This document shows, piece after piece, positions 51,698 through 61,246 of a DNA stretch of 64,000 bases (its first letter is position 1; the number at the start of each line of letters is the position of its first letter). The position numbers and the translations under genes were made by a program. Source of the DNA: Tissierellia bacterium. Its GTDB lineage: Bacteria; Bacillota; Clostridia; Tissierellales; Tissierellaceae. Under the pieces are notes generated by a model. It had not been told where the DNA came from, made no database searches, and was given only the letters and a program-made list of their open reading frames with translations. The stretch lies in NCBI GenBank assembly GCA_012520755.1, contig JAAYNS010000084.1:3808-67807 (forward strand), given 5' to 3'.

Positions 51698-52435
51698 ATG
51701 GCTGGACATTCCAAATGGAATAATATAAAAAACAAAAAAGGAAAAGCAGATGCAAAACGTGCTAAAGAATTCACTAAGTTGGGCAGAAATATTTCTGTAG
51801 CAGCTAGAGAAGGTGGTTCGGACCCTGAATATAACGCAGCACTAAAATCAGCAATAGAAAAGGCTAAAGCTGGGAATATGCCTAATGACAATATTGAAAG
51901 GGCTATAAAAAAAGGTGCTGGCGACCTTGGAGGAGCAGCATATGAAGAAATATTGTACGAAGGATACGGACCATCAGGAGTTGCGATAATAGTATCTTGC
52001 CTGACAGACAATAGAAATAGAACGGCATCAGATATTAGACATGCATTTGACAAATATGGTGGGAACTTAGGGACAAATGGCTCAGTTCTCTTTATGTTTG
52101 ATAGGAAAGGTATTATTGGAATTGAAAGAGAAGATTCCATAGATGAAGATGAACTTACAATGATGGCAATAGATTTAGGTGCAGAAGATATAGAGTCAGA
52201 TGAGGTTGGATTTGAGATTATTACAAGTGTAGAAGATTTCAACTCAGTTCGTGATGGCTTATCTGAAGCAGGCTATAGCTTTGCAATGGCTGAATTAAGC
52301 TATATACCACAAAATACCGTTACATTAACAGATGAAGATGATATTAGCAATATGAACAAGATGATAGATTTACTTGAAGACAACGACGATGTTCAGGATG
52401 TGTACCACAACTGGGATATGCCAGAAGAAGAGTAA
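51698..52435 (+). CDS. yebC: YebC/PmpR family protein
   Basis: [34 protein letters not shown]. Confidence 0.97.
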   Translation: MAGHSKWNNIKNKKGKADAKRAKEFTKLGRNISVAAREGGSDPEYNAALKSAIEKAKAGNMPNDNIERAIKKGAGDLGGAAYEEILYEGYGPSGVAIIVSCLTDNRNRTASDIRHAFDKYGGNLGTNGSVLFMFDRKGIIGIEREDSIDEDELTMMAIDLGAEDIESDEVGFEIITSVEDFNSVRDGLSEAGYSFAMAELSYIPQNTVTLTDEDDISNMNKMIDLLEDNDDVQDVYHNWDMPEEE

Positions 52436-52448
52436 AAAATAAAGTGTT

Positions 52449-52477
52449 GAATAAATAATTGTTATTATTCCATAATA
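52449..52477 (+). promoter_or_regulatory. sigmaG-type promoter
   Basis: GAATA-17-CATAATA, a near-perfect sigmaG consensus. Confidence 0.65.
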
Positions 52478-52507
52478 ATACTACTAATGATTTTAGGAGG
52501 TATATTT

Positions 52508-52681
52508 ATGGAGGGTCAAGAGAACTTTGAACATATTAAAGAACGATTTATAACAGCAGATTTAGATGACAAAATAAAAATGTATACAAGTGTGCAAGGA
52601 CTATCTGTTGAACAGTATAAAGAATTATTAAAATATTTTCCTATTAAGCATTTAGCAGCATTGGAAAAGGCTATGAATTAA
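52508..52681 (+). CDS. Small hypothetical protein (57 aa)
   Basis: AGGAGG RBS, own promoter and terminator; MEGQENFEHIKERFITADLDDKIKMYTSVQGLSVEQYKELLKYFP. Confidence 0.8.
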   Translation: MEGQENFEHIKERFITADLDDKIKMYTSVQGLSVEQYKELLKYFPIKHLAALEKAMN

Positions 52682-52707
52682 GGGATGGAGAATTACTTCA
52701 TCCTTTT
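52681..52707 (+). terminator. Terminator after the 57-aa gene
   Basis: ggatggag/cttcatcc plus tttt. Confidence 0.7.
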
Positions 52708-52736
52708 AATTTTATTTCTTAGTAAGGGGGATATAG

Positions 52737-53399
52737 TTGAAAAGACTATTCGGGGTTTGGTTAATTATTTCTATTTCTGCAACTTTACTGATTTCATCTA
52801 TTGAAAGCAAGTCTTATGATAAGAATTATTATTTAGAATCATTTAAGGAAAATGAAGTGGTTGCAGTAACTGGTAAAGGTATAAATGAGTTGGAAAGCAT
52901 AGTTGACAATATCATTGAATATCTTAAAGGAAATGGAAAAGATGAGTTATTAAGGCCATATTTTAATGATAGAGAAGTTGCCCATATGAGAGACGTACAA
53001 GATCTTTTTCATCTTGCTAGAATAATAAGATATGTAAGTATATTTTTGTCGATTACAATTATTGCTTATTTTGCTTATTGTGAAGGAACAAAAAGACTAG
53101 GAAGGAAATTATTTTTTGGACTATTTACTAATCATATAATAATTGCTTTGTTATCTATTATAATGTTAATAGATTTTACTAGCTTTTGGACATTATTCCA
53201 TCATTTATTCTTCACAAATGATTTATGGTTATTGAATCCTAAAACAGATTTAATGATTAAAATGCTTCCGGAACCATTTTTTAGTGGAATAATTGTAAAG
53301 ATAGTATTATCTTTTTTCATAAACTTGTCAATACTACAATTAATAGGTCTATATTTTATGAAGAAAGGTAAAGAAAGATGGGAAGTAAAGAAAAAATAA
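52737..53399 (+). CDS. TIGR01906/DUF1461 family membrane protein
   Basis: HMRDVQDLF, FHHLFFTNDLWLLNP..D.MIKMLPE.FF. Confidence 0.88.
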   Translation: MKRLFGVWLIISISATLLISSIESKSYDKNYYLESFKENEVVAVTGKGINELESIVDNIIEYLKGNGKDELLRPYFNDREVAHMRDVQDLFHLARIIRYVSIFLSITIIAYFAYCEGTKRLGRKLFFGLFTNHIIIALLSIIMLIDFTSFWTLFHHLFFTNDLWLLNPKTDLMIKMLPEPFFSGIIVKIVLSFFINLSILQLIGLYFMKKGKERWEVKKK

Positions 53400-54307
53400 A
53401 GGAAAGATATTTAGAAGCAAAAGAAAAGTCTATCATAAGAGATTTTTATTCTAGGGAAATCTATAAAGGGAAGACATATAGGGCAGCTAATTTAGATAAA
53501 ATTGCTTCTATTATATTTGCATTCTTATTCTTTGTTATGGTTACATTGTTGTTAATAGAATCAATAGCCTTGTCTTTGATTATTAGCCTTATACTTGTTT
53601 TTTTAATTTCAAAAGTTTTTATTAATATAAGAGATCATAGGATAGATAAAAAGATAAGAGATATTAATGAAGATTTAAAAAGCAAAAGGATAATTAGAGA
53701 GCTGTCCCAGATGAATAGAGAAGAATTTATAAATTACTCTAAAGAATTATTGGAAAAATACTACTTAAGCGAATTTATATATGGTGAAGATGGAATCGAC
53801 TTAATTGGTAAAATTAATAATAAATCCTATGGAGTAAAGTGTATAAAATCCTCCATAAGTGATAGAATTATTAGAAAAAAAGTTGAAGAGTTTCATAACT
53901 ATGTAAACTATCTTGAGTATGATGAAGGAATAATAATTACTAATTCATATTTCCAAGATGAAACAAGGGAAGAAACTTCATTAATATTATTTGATTTTGA
54001 AGATATAAAGGGTATACTAAAAAAAATAGATGAGTATCCTTCTGACGAAATAATAAATAATTATATTAAGTATCGTCATGATGACAATAAAAAAAATTAT
54101 CAAAATCAAATTAAGGCCTTTAGTCTTAAAAAGATAACAAGATTATATTTTTGTTCCATAATGGTATATCTTATATCTTATTTTGTGAAATATACCCTTT
54201 ATTATAGAGTGGTAGCGGTAATAATATTTTGCATAGCTACAATTATTGGTGGGATGAATATATCAGAGTATATTAAACATACTAGCAAAACACCTTTACA
54301 TAAATAG
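53378..54307 (+). CDS. Membrane protein with an Mrr_cat-like domain
   Basis: 2 TM, then LSQMNREEF, DGIDL, GIIITNSYF, then 2 TM. Confidence 0.7.
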   Translation: MGSKEKIKERYLEAKEKSIIRDFYSREIYKGKTYRAANLDKIASIIFAFLFFVMVTLLLIESIALSLIISLILVFLISKVFINIRDHRIDKKIRDINEDLKSKRIIRELSQMNREEFINYSKELLEKYYLSEFIYGEDGIDLIGKINNKSYGVKCIKSSISDRIIRKKVEEFHNYVNYLEYDEGIIITNSYFQDETREETSLILFDFEDIKGILKKIDEYPSDEIINNYIKYRHDDNKKNYQNQIKAFSLKKITRLYFCSIMVYLISYFVKYTLYYRVVAVIIFCIATIIGGMNISEYIKHTSKTPLHK

Positions 54308-54323
54308 GAATTAAGACTATAAT
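54295..54323 (+). promoter_or_regulatory. sigmaA promoter of the THF riboswitch leader
   Basis: TTTACA-17-TATAAT. Confidence 0.75.
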
Positions 54324-54346
54324 ATGATTAATAATTAGTAGATTGA

Positions 54347-54434
54347 CAGAGTAGGTAAAGAGCGTTAAGTGTTAAAGGATGGGAAGTTGCCTTTAAACGA
54401 AAGATGTTTCTGCGATTCTTTACCGCGTCCGCTG
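54347..54434 (+). promoter_or_regulatory. THF riboswitch aptamer
   Basis: CAGAGTAG...GCGTTAAGTG...ATGGGAAGTTG...AACGAA...GCG...GCGTCCGCTG follows the THF class I pattern; lies upstream of folT. Confidence 0.93.
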
Positions 54435-54501
54435 ACCATTAAAGGTTCTCTATTCTTTAGTGTGACAGTAACTGTCATCTAAAAAGAAAGGAGAATTTTT
54501 T

Positions 54502-55047
54502 ATGAAAGCAAAGAAAAGAAAAATGGACATAAGAACAGTAGTAAAGGCAGGATTTCTTGTAGCTATTAGCATTGTAATGACAAGATTTGTATCCATTATG
54601 ATACCAATTGGTGGAGCACAAGGCTTGCGTGTTAGTTTTGGGGAAGTACCAATTATATTGTCTGGATTTATGTTTGGGCCACTAGTAGGTGGTATTACAG
54701 GAGTAGCTGCGGATATATTAGGCATGCTAATTAATCCTCAGGGGCCTTATTATCCTGGATTTACAATAAGCTCTATGCTATGGGGTACTATACCTGGGTT
54801 ATTAACCTATATATTTAAGAGGAATAGTTCTTCAGCTAGTGGTTTTTCTGTAAAGTTTATAGCAATAATTGTGGCTATTACTTATATAATTGTTGCCATG
54901 ATTTTAAACACCTATTGGTTATCTAATTTATATGGAACTGCTTTTTTCATTTTATTACCAGTTAGGTTTTTAAATGCTATAGTGAGCATTCCAGTCACAA
55001 CGATAGTATTAAATGTATTGCTAAAACAATTAAGAAGATTTGATTAA
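54502..55047 (+). CDS. folT: Folate ECF transporter S component
   Basis: LRVSFGEVPI...FGPLVGG, ADILG, PYYPGFT, WLSNLYG; under a THF riboswitch. Confidence 0.93.
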   Translation: MKAKKRKMDIRTVVKAGFLVAISIVMTRFVSIMIPIGGAQGLRVSFGEVPIILSGFMFGPLVGGITGVAADILGMLINPQGPYYPGFTISSMLWGTIPGLLTYIFKRNSSSASGFSVKFIAIIVAITYIIVAMILNTYWLSNLYGTAFFILLPVRFLNAIVSIPVTTIVLNVLLKQLRRFD

Positions 55048-55060
55048 AATAGGTGAAAAC

Positions 55061-55654
55061 ATGAAAAAGGTATTAGCATTAATGGGTAGTCCTAGAAGGC
55101 ATAGAAACACTGAGGATTTATTAGACTATCTTTTGGATGGAGTAAACAAATCTGATTATGAAATTGAAAAATTAATATTAAAAGACTTAGATGTTCACTA
55201 TTGTACTGGATGTAACCACTGTGGGAGAACTTCAGAATGCATATATAAGGATGATATGCAAATGGTTTATGAGAATATTGATAATTCAGATATAATTATA
55301 TTTGCAGCCCCTATATATTTTAACTCAATAAATAGCCTATCTAAAGACCTTGTAGATAGGTGTCAGAAGTATTGGTCTATAAAGTATGTTTTAGGACAGG
55401 CTTACAAAAGGAATGAGAATAGAAGGGGAATATTTTTAAGTGTTGGTGGAGCTCCTTTTTCTCATAGCCAGTTTTATGGTTCAGTTCCAGTAATGGACTT
55501 TTTCTTTAAAGCTATAAATGTTGACTATGTAGGGAATTATTTCATTTCTAACACTGACGAGGTTCAAGTAAATGAAAGAAGAGATATAGAAAAAGAGCTC
55601 AATTCAATAGGTAATAAGATAGATGATATAGGGAGTTTTCAGATTCATAAGTAA
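55061..55654 (+). CDS. Flavodoxin-fold / iron-sulfur flavoprotein-like NADPH-dependent FMN reductase
   Basis: GSPRRHRNT, CTGCNHC...C, APIYF, LVDRCQ. Confidence 0.88.
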   Translation: MKKVLALMGSPRRHRNTEDLLDYLLDGVNKSDYEIEKLILKDLDVHYCTGCNHCGRTSECIYKDDMQMVYENIDNSDIIIFAAPIYFNSINSLSKDLVDRCQKYWSIKYVLGQAYKRNENRRGIFLSVGGAPFSHSQFYGSVPVMDFFFKAINVDYVGNYFISNTDEVQVNERRDIEKELNSIGNKIDDIGSFQIHK

Positions 55655-55789
55655 AGACCCTTGTAAATTTTCCTATGATTTAATTAGAAATATAAGGGTA
55701 AATATAAATGGTATTTAATTGATTTAAGTTAGATTAATAATAATATTAATATAAGTTTTATAAACTAGTTTAAGATGGGAGGAGTTTAT

Positions 55790-56362
55790 ATGAAAACACA
55801 ATTACCAATAGCTTTATCCAATAGGCATTTGCATTTAAGCCAAGAAGATTTAGAAACTTTATTTGGTGAGGGATACGAGTTAACAAAAACCAAAGACTTA
55901 TCACAGCCTGATCAATATGCATGTGAAGAAAAAGTTGACTTGGTTGGGCCTAAAAGAACCATAAAAGGTGTTAGAATACTTGGACCTACAAGACCAGAAT
56001 CTCAAGTAGAAGTATCAATGTCAGATGCAATTTCATTGGGAATTTCACCAGTTGTAAGGAATTCAGGTGATACGGAAGGAAGTCCAGGAGTTAAGCTTGT
56101 AGGGCCAAAGGGAGAGGTTGATTTAGAAAAAGGAGTTATAGTAGCTGCAAGACATATTCATATGAGTACTGAAGATGCAGAGGAGTTTGGGCTTGCAGAC
56201 AAGGATGTAGTTAGAGTAAAAGTAGGCGGAATTAGAGGATTAACATTTGAAAATGTATTAGTAAGAGTAAGCCCTAAATTTGCTTTAGATATGCATGTTG
56301 ACATAGAGGAAGGAAATGCGGCAGGGGTTAAGAATGGAGATCTTGTTGAAATAATAAAATAG
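55790..56362 (+). CDS. pduL: Phosphate propanoyl/acetyltransferase PduL
   Basis: [39 protein letters not shown]. Confidence 0.95.
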   Translation: MKTQLPIALSNRHLHLSQEDLETLFGEGYELTKTKDLSQPDQYACEEKVDLVGPKRTIKGVRILGPTRPESQVEVSMSDAISLGISPVVRNSGDTEGSPGVKLVGPKGEVDLEKGVIVAARHIHMSTEDAEEFGLADKDVVRVKVGGIRGLTFENVLVRVSPKFALDMHVDIEEGNAAGVKNGDLVEIIK

Positions 56363-56370
56363 GAGGCACT

Positions 56371-57021
56371 ATGAAGGATATTTCGAAGATGATTGATCAT
56401 ACCTTGTTAAAGCCAGATGCAACTAAAGAAATGATAAGGAGTCTGTGTTTGGAAGCAATTAATCATAAATTTGGGGCGGTATGTGTTAACCCTTATTATG
56501 TAAGATATTGTAAAGAGTTACTGAGAGACTCAGATGTTAAGGTTGCAACTGTTATAGGCTTCCCTCTTGGGGCTAATACTAAAGAGATTAAAGCAATGGA
56601 AGCTAAGGATGCTATTATAAATGGGGCAGATGAGATTGACATGGTAATTAATATTGGAGCATTAAAAGCTGGCGATTACTCTACTGTTAAAGAGGATATT
56701 GAAGTAGTTGTTAATGCACATGATGAAAAAGCATTAGTCAAAGTAATAATTGAAACCTGTTTATTAACTGATGAAGAAAAGAGAATTGCATGTCAATTAT
56801 CAATGGATGCAGGTGCTGATTATGTAAAGACATCAACAGGCTTTAGTACAGCGGGTGCTAAAGTAGATGATGTTAAGTTGATGAAATCAGTTGTAGGAGA
56901 TAGATTAGGTATTAAAGCCTCTGGTGGCATAAGGGATTTAGAAACAGCTCTAGAAATGATAGAAGCAGGCGCTACTAGATTAGGGACAAGTTCAGGTATA
57001 AAAATAGTAAATAAAGAATAA
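56371..57021 (+). CDS. deoC: Deoxyribose-phosphate aldolase
   Basis: [30 protein letters not shown]. Confidence 0.98.
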   Translation: MKDISKMIDHTLLKPDATKEMIRSLCLEAINHKFGAVCVNPYYVRYCKELLRDSDVKVATVIGFPLGANTKEIKAMEAKDAIINGADEIDMVINIGALKAGDYSTVKEDIEVVVNAHDEKALVKVIIETCLLTDEEKRIACQLSMDAGADYVKTSTGFSTAGAKVDDVKLMKSVVGDRLGIKASGGIRDLETALEMIEAGATRLGTSSGIKIVNKE

Positions 57022-57047
57022 GGAGGCGGCGTGTAAATCCGCCTCTT
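57021..57047 (+). terminator. Hairpin after deoC
   Basis: gaggcgg/ccgcctc stem with a short U tract. Confidence 0.6.
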
Positions 57048-57097
57048 ACATACATAAACTTAACTTTACTTTTATTTTTGTAATTTTACATCTCTCT

Positions 57098-57126
57098 GAA
57101 TTATTTTACTAAATTGTGTCAAACTA
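57098..57126 (+). promoter_or_regulatory. sigmaG/F-type promoter
   Basis: GAATT-17-CAAACTA. Confidence 0.45.
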
Positions 57127-57144
57127 TTCTTAGGAGGGATGTAT

Positions 57145-57597
57145 ATGAAAGGTAAGCCTATTTTTATGCTTTTACTAGTATCTATTTTACTAATAGGGTG
57201 TACTAAACAAAACTCTATTGATGAAAGTGAAGAAAAGCCGGTTGAAGAGATTAGCATAGCTGTAACTGGCTCTGACAATGAGATTATAGAAAGATCAGAA
57301 ACCATATCAGATATTGTCGTTGAATTATACGGTATAGATGATGCAACTACAATAATACTAAATGATAGGGCTATTATAGGAGTAAAAGTGTCAGATGATC
57401 AAGAATTAACTAAAGAAACTTTGGAAATAATAGAAGAGAAGGTTTTAGGCTATGACAATAAAATAGCTGATTTATTAATTACTGATGAAGATAGAATTTT
57501 TGCAGATATAAGTGATGTTATTTATGATTTGCTACAAGGCAAATCTTATGACAGTCAAGTGAAGAGAATAAATAATATTATGAATAAGATAAAATAA
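57145..57597 (+). CDS. YhcN/YlaJ family sporulation lipoprotein
   Basis: Lipobox LIGC; GIDDATTIILNDRAIIGV ring-building-motif pattern. Confidence 0.8.
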   Translation: MKGKPIFMLLLVSILLIGCTKQNSIDESEEKPVEEISIAVTGSDNEIIERSETISDIVVELYGIDDATTIILNDRAIIGVKVSDDQELTKETLEIIEEKVLGYDNKIADLLITDEDRIFADISDVIYDLLQGKSYDSQVKRINNIMNKIK

Positions 57598-57618
57598 ACC
57601 CCTGATTGGGGTTTTTTT
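57596..57618 (+). terminator. Intrinsic terminator
   Basis: aaacccc/ggggttt plus tttt. Confidence 0.85.
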
Positions 57619-57689
57619 AGAATAAAAGGAAATCATAGAACATAAATTAATTAATTAGGGTATATTAAAATATAATGAGGAGGTAGGTT

Positions 57690-58958
57690 ATGGAATTTAG
57701 TAATGAAAGAGTGAAACTAGGAAATGGTATTTATTTAAATCTAATAAAGACAAGTAAGTTTAAATCAAACTTGCTTAGTTATTATTTTGTTAGACCTTTA
57801 AATAAAGATGAAGTTACCAAAAATGCTTTAATTCCTCTTGTTTTAAAAAGAGGTACTAAAGATTTGAATACCAGTATAGAAATAGAAAAAAAGTTTGAAG
57901 ACATGTATGGTGCCAATTATAGTAGTACAATTAATAAGAGGGGAGAAAGGCATGTACTACGTTTTTCTGCTGAATGGGCTAATGGTAAGTATCTGAATGA
58001 TAAGGAGCTAAATTACGGCGTAGTGGAATTATTAAGGCAAATTATATATAATCCATATATTGAAAATAATGCATTTAGTAAAGAGTATGTTGAACAGGAG
58101 AAAGAAAATCATAGAATAAGAATAGAGAGTAAAATAAACGATAAACGCTCCTATGCAGTAAATAGATGTATTGAAGAAATGTGCAAATATGAAGATTTTA
58201 GTCTATATTCTTTAGGCTATGTTGAAGATATTGATTCAATAAACGAAATAAATCTATATCAACAATATAAAAATATATTAAATACAAGCCAAATTGAAAT
58301 ATTTTTTGTAGGAGATTATGATGAGGGTTTCAAAAGATTTTTGATAGATAATAACAGGGTTGAAATAGAGAATCCAGTAGATATTCCTAGAGAGAAGATA
58401 ATAACAAGAGTTGAACAAAAGAATATGATAGAAGATTGTTTAGATGTAAATCAAGGTAAAATAGTTATTGGTTATAGAACAGGAGTAGCCTTTGAGGACG
58501 ATTTATACAATGCTTTATTAATCGCTAGTGATATTCTAGGTGGTGGACCAAATTCAAAACTCTTTAGAAATGTAAGAGAAAAAGAAAGTCTGGCTTATTA
58601 TATTAGTTCATCTATCATTAAATATAAATCAATAATGTTGATTGATGCTGGAATTGAATTTGAAAATTATCAAAAAACAATTAATATTATAAATGCTCAA
58701 TTGGATGAGTTAAAGCTTGGAGAGTTTTCAGAAGATGATATAGAAATATCAAAGAAATCAATAATAACTTCGCTAAAATCAATAAGAGATAGTATATTTC
58801 ATATTTCAGAGTTCTTTTTTAGCCAAATTCTGGCAAAAGATAGTAGAAGTTTAGAACAAGTTATGGATGATTTTGAAAGTGTCAATAAAGAGCAAATAAT
58901 CGAGGCAGCACAGAAGATAAATATAGATACAATCTATTTTATGAATGGCAAGAAATAG
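57690..58958 (+). CDS. ymfF: M16 family peptidase-like subunit lacking HXXEH (YmfF-like)
   Basis: KFKS, LGGGPNSKLFRNVREKESLAYY; first of a tandem pair. Confidence 0.88.
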   Translation: MEFSNERVKLGNGIYLNLIKTSKFKSNLLSYYFVRPLNKDEVTKNALIPLVLKRGTKDLNTSIEIEKKFEDMYGANYSSTINKRGERHVLRFSAEWANGKYLNDKELNYGVVELLRQIIYNPYIENNAFSKEYVEQEKENHRIRIESKINDKRSYAVNRCIEEMCKYEDFSLYSLGYVEDIDSINEINLYQQYKNILNTSQIEIFFVGDYDEGFKRFLIDNNRVEIENPVDIPREKIITRVEQKNMIEDCLDVNQGKIVIGYRTGVAFEDDLYNALLIASDILGGGPNSKLFRNVREKESLAYYISSSIIKYKSIMLIDAGIEFENYQKTINIINAQLDELKLGEFSEDDIEISKKSIITSLKSIRDSIFHISEFFFSQILAKDSRSLEQVMDDFESVNKEQIIEAAQKINIDTIYFMNGKK

Positions 58959-58973
58959 AATGGAGGAAGGAAA

Positions 58974-60254
58974 TTGAAAGTATTCACAAATGAAAGATTA
59001 AATGAACAAGTATTATTTAAAGAATTAGATAGTGGTTTAAAGATATATTTCATGCCAAAACCAGGTTTTGTTAAAAAGTATGCAGTATTTTCAACTAATT
59101 ATGGCTCCATCGATAATGTCTTTGTACCAATTGGAGAAGATAAACCAGTAGAAGTACCAGAGGGTATAGCACACTTTTTAGAGCATAAACTATTTGAAGA
59201 AGAGGAAGCAAATATATTTGATAAGTTTTCAAAGCTAGGGGCTAGTGTAAATGCAAGTACAAGCTTTAACCAAACCTCATATTTATTTAATACTACTGAT
59301 CACTTTTATCAATGCTTGGAAATATTGATTAGATTTGTTCAATCCCCATATTTAACAGATGAAAATGTGGAAAAAGAAAAGGGGATTATTGCTCAAGAGA
59401 TTAAGATGTATGATGATAATCCTGCATGGCGTGTATTCTTTAATTGTTTAAGGGCTATGTATATTAATCATCCAATTAGAATTGATATAGCAGGCACTGT
59501 AGATAGTATAAATACTATTACAAAAGAAATGTTATATAAATCATACAATACTTTTTATCATCCTAGTAATATGGTATTATTTGTTGTTGGCGATTTGAGT
59601 TTTGAAGAGATAATAGAGACTGTAAAAAAATCAGAAAAAAAATATGAACTTAAAAGTATTGATATAGACAGGATATTTGAGGAGGAACCTAGAAGAGTTA
59701 ATGAAAAGCTTATAGAAGATACAATGTCCGTTTCTACCCCATTGTTTTACATTGGATTCAAAGATTATGACTTGGGTTTAGAAGGAAGAGAAGCTATAAA
59801 GAAAGATTTAATCACAAATATAATTTTAGATATGCTCTTTACTCCTAGTGCCAAGTTTTACAATGACCTTTACAATGATGGATTAATTGATAGCAACTTT
59901 GGAGCATACTTTTCTGGTAAAAAAACCTATGGACATTCTATAATAGTTGGGCAATCAAATGTTCCAGAGAAAATATATGAAAGGATAGAGAAATTGTTTG
60001 CTAAAAATCCAAGGGAATTTTTGGCGAAGGAAGATTTCGAAAGGTTAAAGAAGAATGAACTAGGTAATTTTTTAATGGGATTTAATTCAGTAGAGTCTAT
60101 TGCTAATAATTTTATAGATTTGTATTTTGATAAATTCAATATACTAGATTATTTAGATGTACTTGAAAGTATAGAATTAGATGATTTATTAGATAGATTT
60201 AAAAAACACTTTAATTCTGAAAATATGGTCTTGTCAGTTGTAAGACCAAACTAA
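58974..60254 (+). CDS. ymfH: M16 family zinc peptidase (YmfH-like)
   Basis: PEGIAHFLEHKLF, KEKGIIAQEI.MY, TFYHPSNM. Confidence 0.92.
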   Translation: MKVFTNERLNEQVLFKELDSGLKIYFMPKPGFVKKYAVFSTNYGSIDNVFVPIGEDKPVEVPEGIAHFLEHKLFEEEEANIFDKFSKLGASVNASTSFNQTSYLFNTTDHFYQCLEILIRFVQSPYLTDENVEKEKGIIAQEIKMYDDNPAWRVFFNCLRAMYINHPIRIDIAGTVDSINTITKEMLYKSYNTFYHPSNMVLFVVGDLSFEEIIETVKKSEKKYELKSIDIDRIFEEEPRRVNEKLIEDTMSVSTPLFYIGFKDYDLGLEGREAIKKDLITNIILDMLFTPSAKFYNDLYNDGLIDSNFGAYFSGKKTYGHSIIVGQSNVPEKIYERIEKLFAKNPREFLAKEDFERLKKNELGNFLMGFNSVESIANNFIDLYFDKFNILDYLDVLESIELDDLLDRFKKHFNSENMVLSVVRPN

Positions 60255-60442
60255 ATCATAATATCTAATGACAGGCATATAAATAATGAATATCGGGCAC
60301 ATGCAAAATCCCTAGCAGGCCATTTTAAGAAAATAACAATTTTGCTTATAGTTTAAGTAAGCATTATTAGTAACTTGTAGAAGTGAGTATATTTTTTTCT
60401 TTCCTTATGCTATACTTTATACTATAGGAAGGTGGTTATGGC

Positions 60443-61174
60443 ATGAATCCAGTTGCATTTACTATATTTGGATTAGAGATCAGGTGGTATGGAATAATAA
60501 TCGCTTCAGCGGTAGTTATAGGAACTTTGATAGCAATGAAATTAGCAGAGAAAAAAGGTATCAATGAAGATACAATCCTGGATTTATTGCTATTTCTTTT
60601 ACCTGCGGCAATAATTGGAGCTAGACTATATTATGTAGTATTCACATGGGATAATTATAAAGATAATCCTATAGAGATATTGAATATAAGAGGCGGTGGT
60701 TTAGCTATCCATGGCGCTATTATTGCTGGAGTAATAGTGGGATTAATATTTGCAAAGGTTAAAAAAGCAAATTTTTGGAGCTTAGCAGATATAGTAGCAC
60801 CTAGTTTGATCCTAGGGCAGTCCATAGGAAGGTGGGGAAATTACGCTAATCAAGAAGCACATGGAGGACCTACAGATCTTCCTTGGGGAATAATTGTAGA
60901 TGGTGTGAAAGTCCATCCTGCTTTTCTATATGAATCCATATGGAACTTTTTAGTCTTTCTATTTCTAATCTATTATTCAAGAAATAATACCAAAAAAGAT
61001 GGAGAAGTGTTTCTACTTTATTTAATTTTATATTCTATGGCTAGGTTTTTTATTGAGGGATTAAGAACAGATAGTCTTATGTTAGGGCCTATCAAGGTGG
61101 CACAATTTATCAGTCTAGGCGCTATGTTTATTGGAGTGTTTTTATTCTACAAAGGACGAAAGAAATCCATATAA
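60443..61174 (+). CDS. lgt: Prolipoprotein diacylglyceryl transferase
   Basis: IRWYG, GARLYY, GGLAIHG, GRWGN, HPAFLYES, RFFIEGLR. Confidence 0.97.
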   Translation: MNPVAFTIFGLEIRWYGIIIASAVVIGTLIAMKLAEKKGINEDTILDLLLFLLPAAIIGARLYYVVFTWDNYKDNPIEILNIRGGGLAIHGAIIAGVIVGLIFAKVKKANFWSLADIVAPSLILGQSIGRWGNYANQEAHGGPTDLPWGIIVDGVKVHPAFLYESIWNFLVFLFLIYYSRNNTKKDGEVFLLYLILYSMARFFIEGLRTDSLMLGPIKVAQFISLGAMFIGVFLFYKGRKKSI

Positions 61175-61201
61175 TAAAATAACAAGAAAATATTGTTTCA
61201 A

Positions 61202-61246
61202 AATACAAAAAGCAGAGAAGAATAATCTCTGCTTTTTGTATTTTTT
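61202..61246 (+). terminator. lgt terminator
   Basis: 17-bp stem aatacaaaaagcagaga/tctctgctttttgtatt plus T tract. Confidence 0.9.

Noticed and set aside
51667-52242. 191-aa antisense ORF (likewise 36137-36577, 62867-63253 and the other short antisense ORFs)
   Set aside because: Fully overlap highly conserved genes on the opposite strand with shadow-type composition
53378-54307. Active type IV restriction / defence island
   Set aside because: Catalytic residues look altered, flanks are housekeeping genes, and composition does not differ from the core
55790-56362. Bacterial microcompartment locus
   Set aside because: No shell, aldehyde dehydrogenase or signature enzyme genes near pduL
60285-60330. 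c-di-GMP-I or guanidine riboswitch
   Set aside because: Only superficial GGG/GCAAA similarity; the required GNRA/receptor helices and conserved cores are absent
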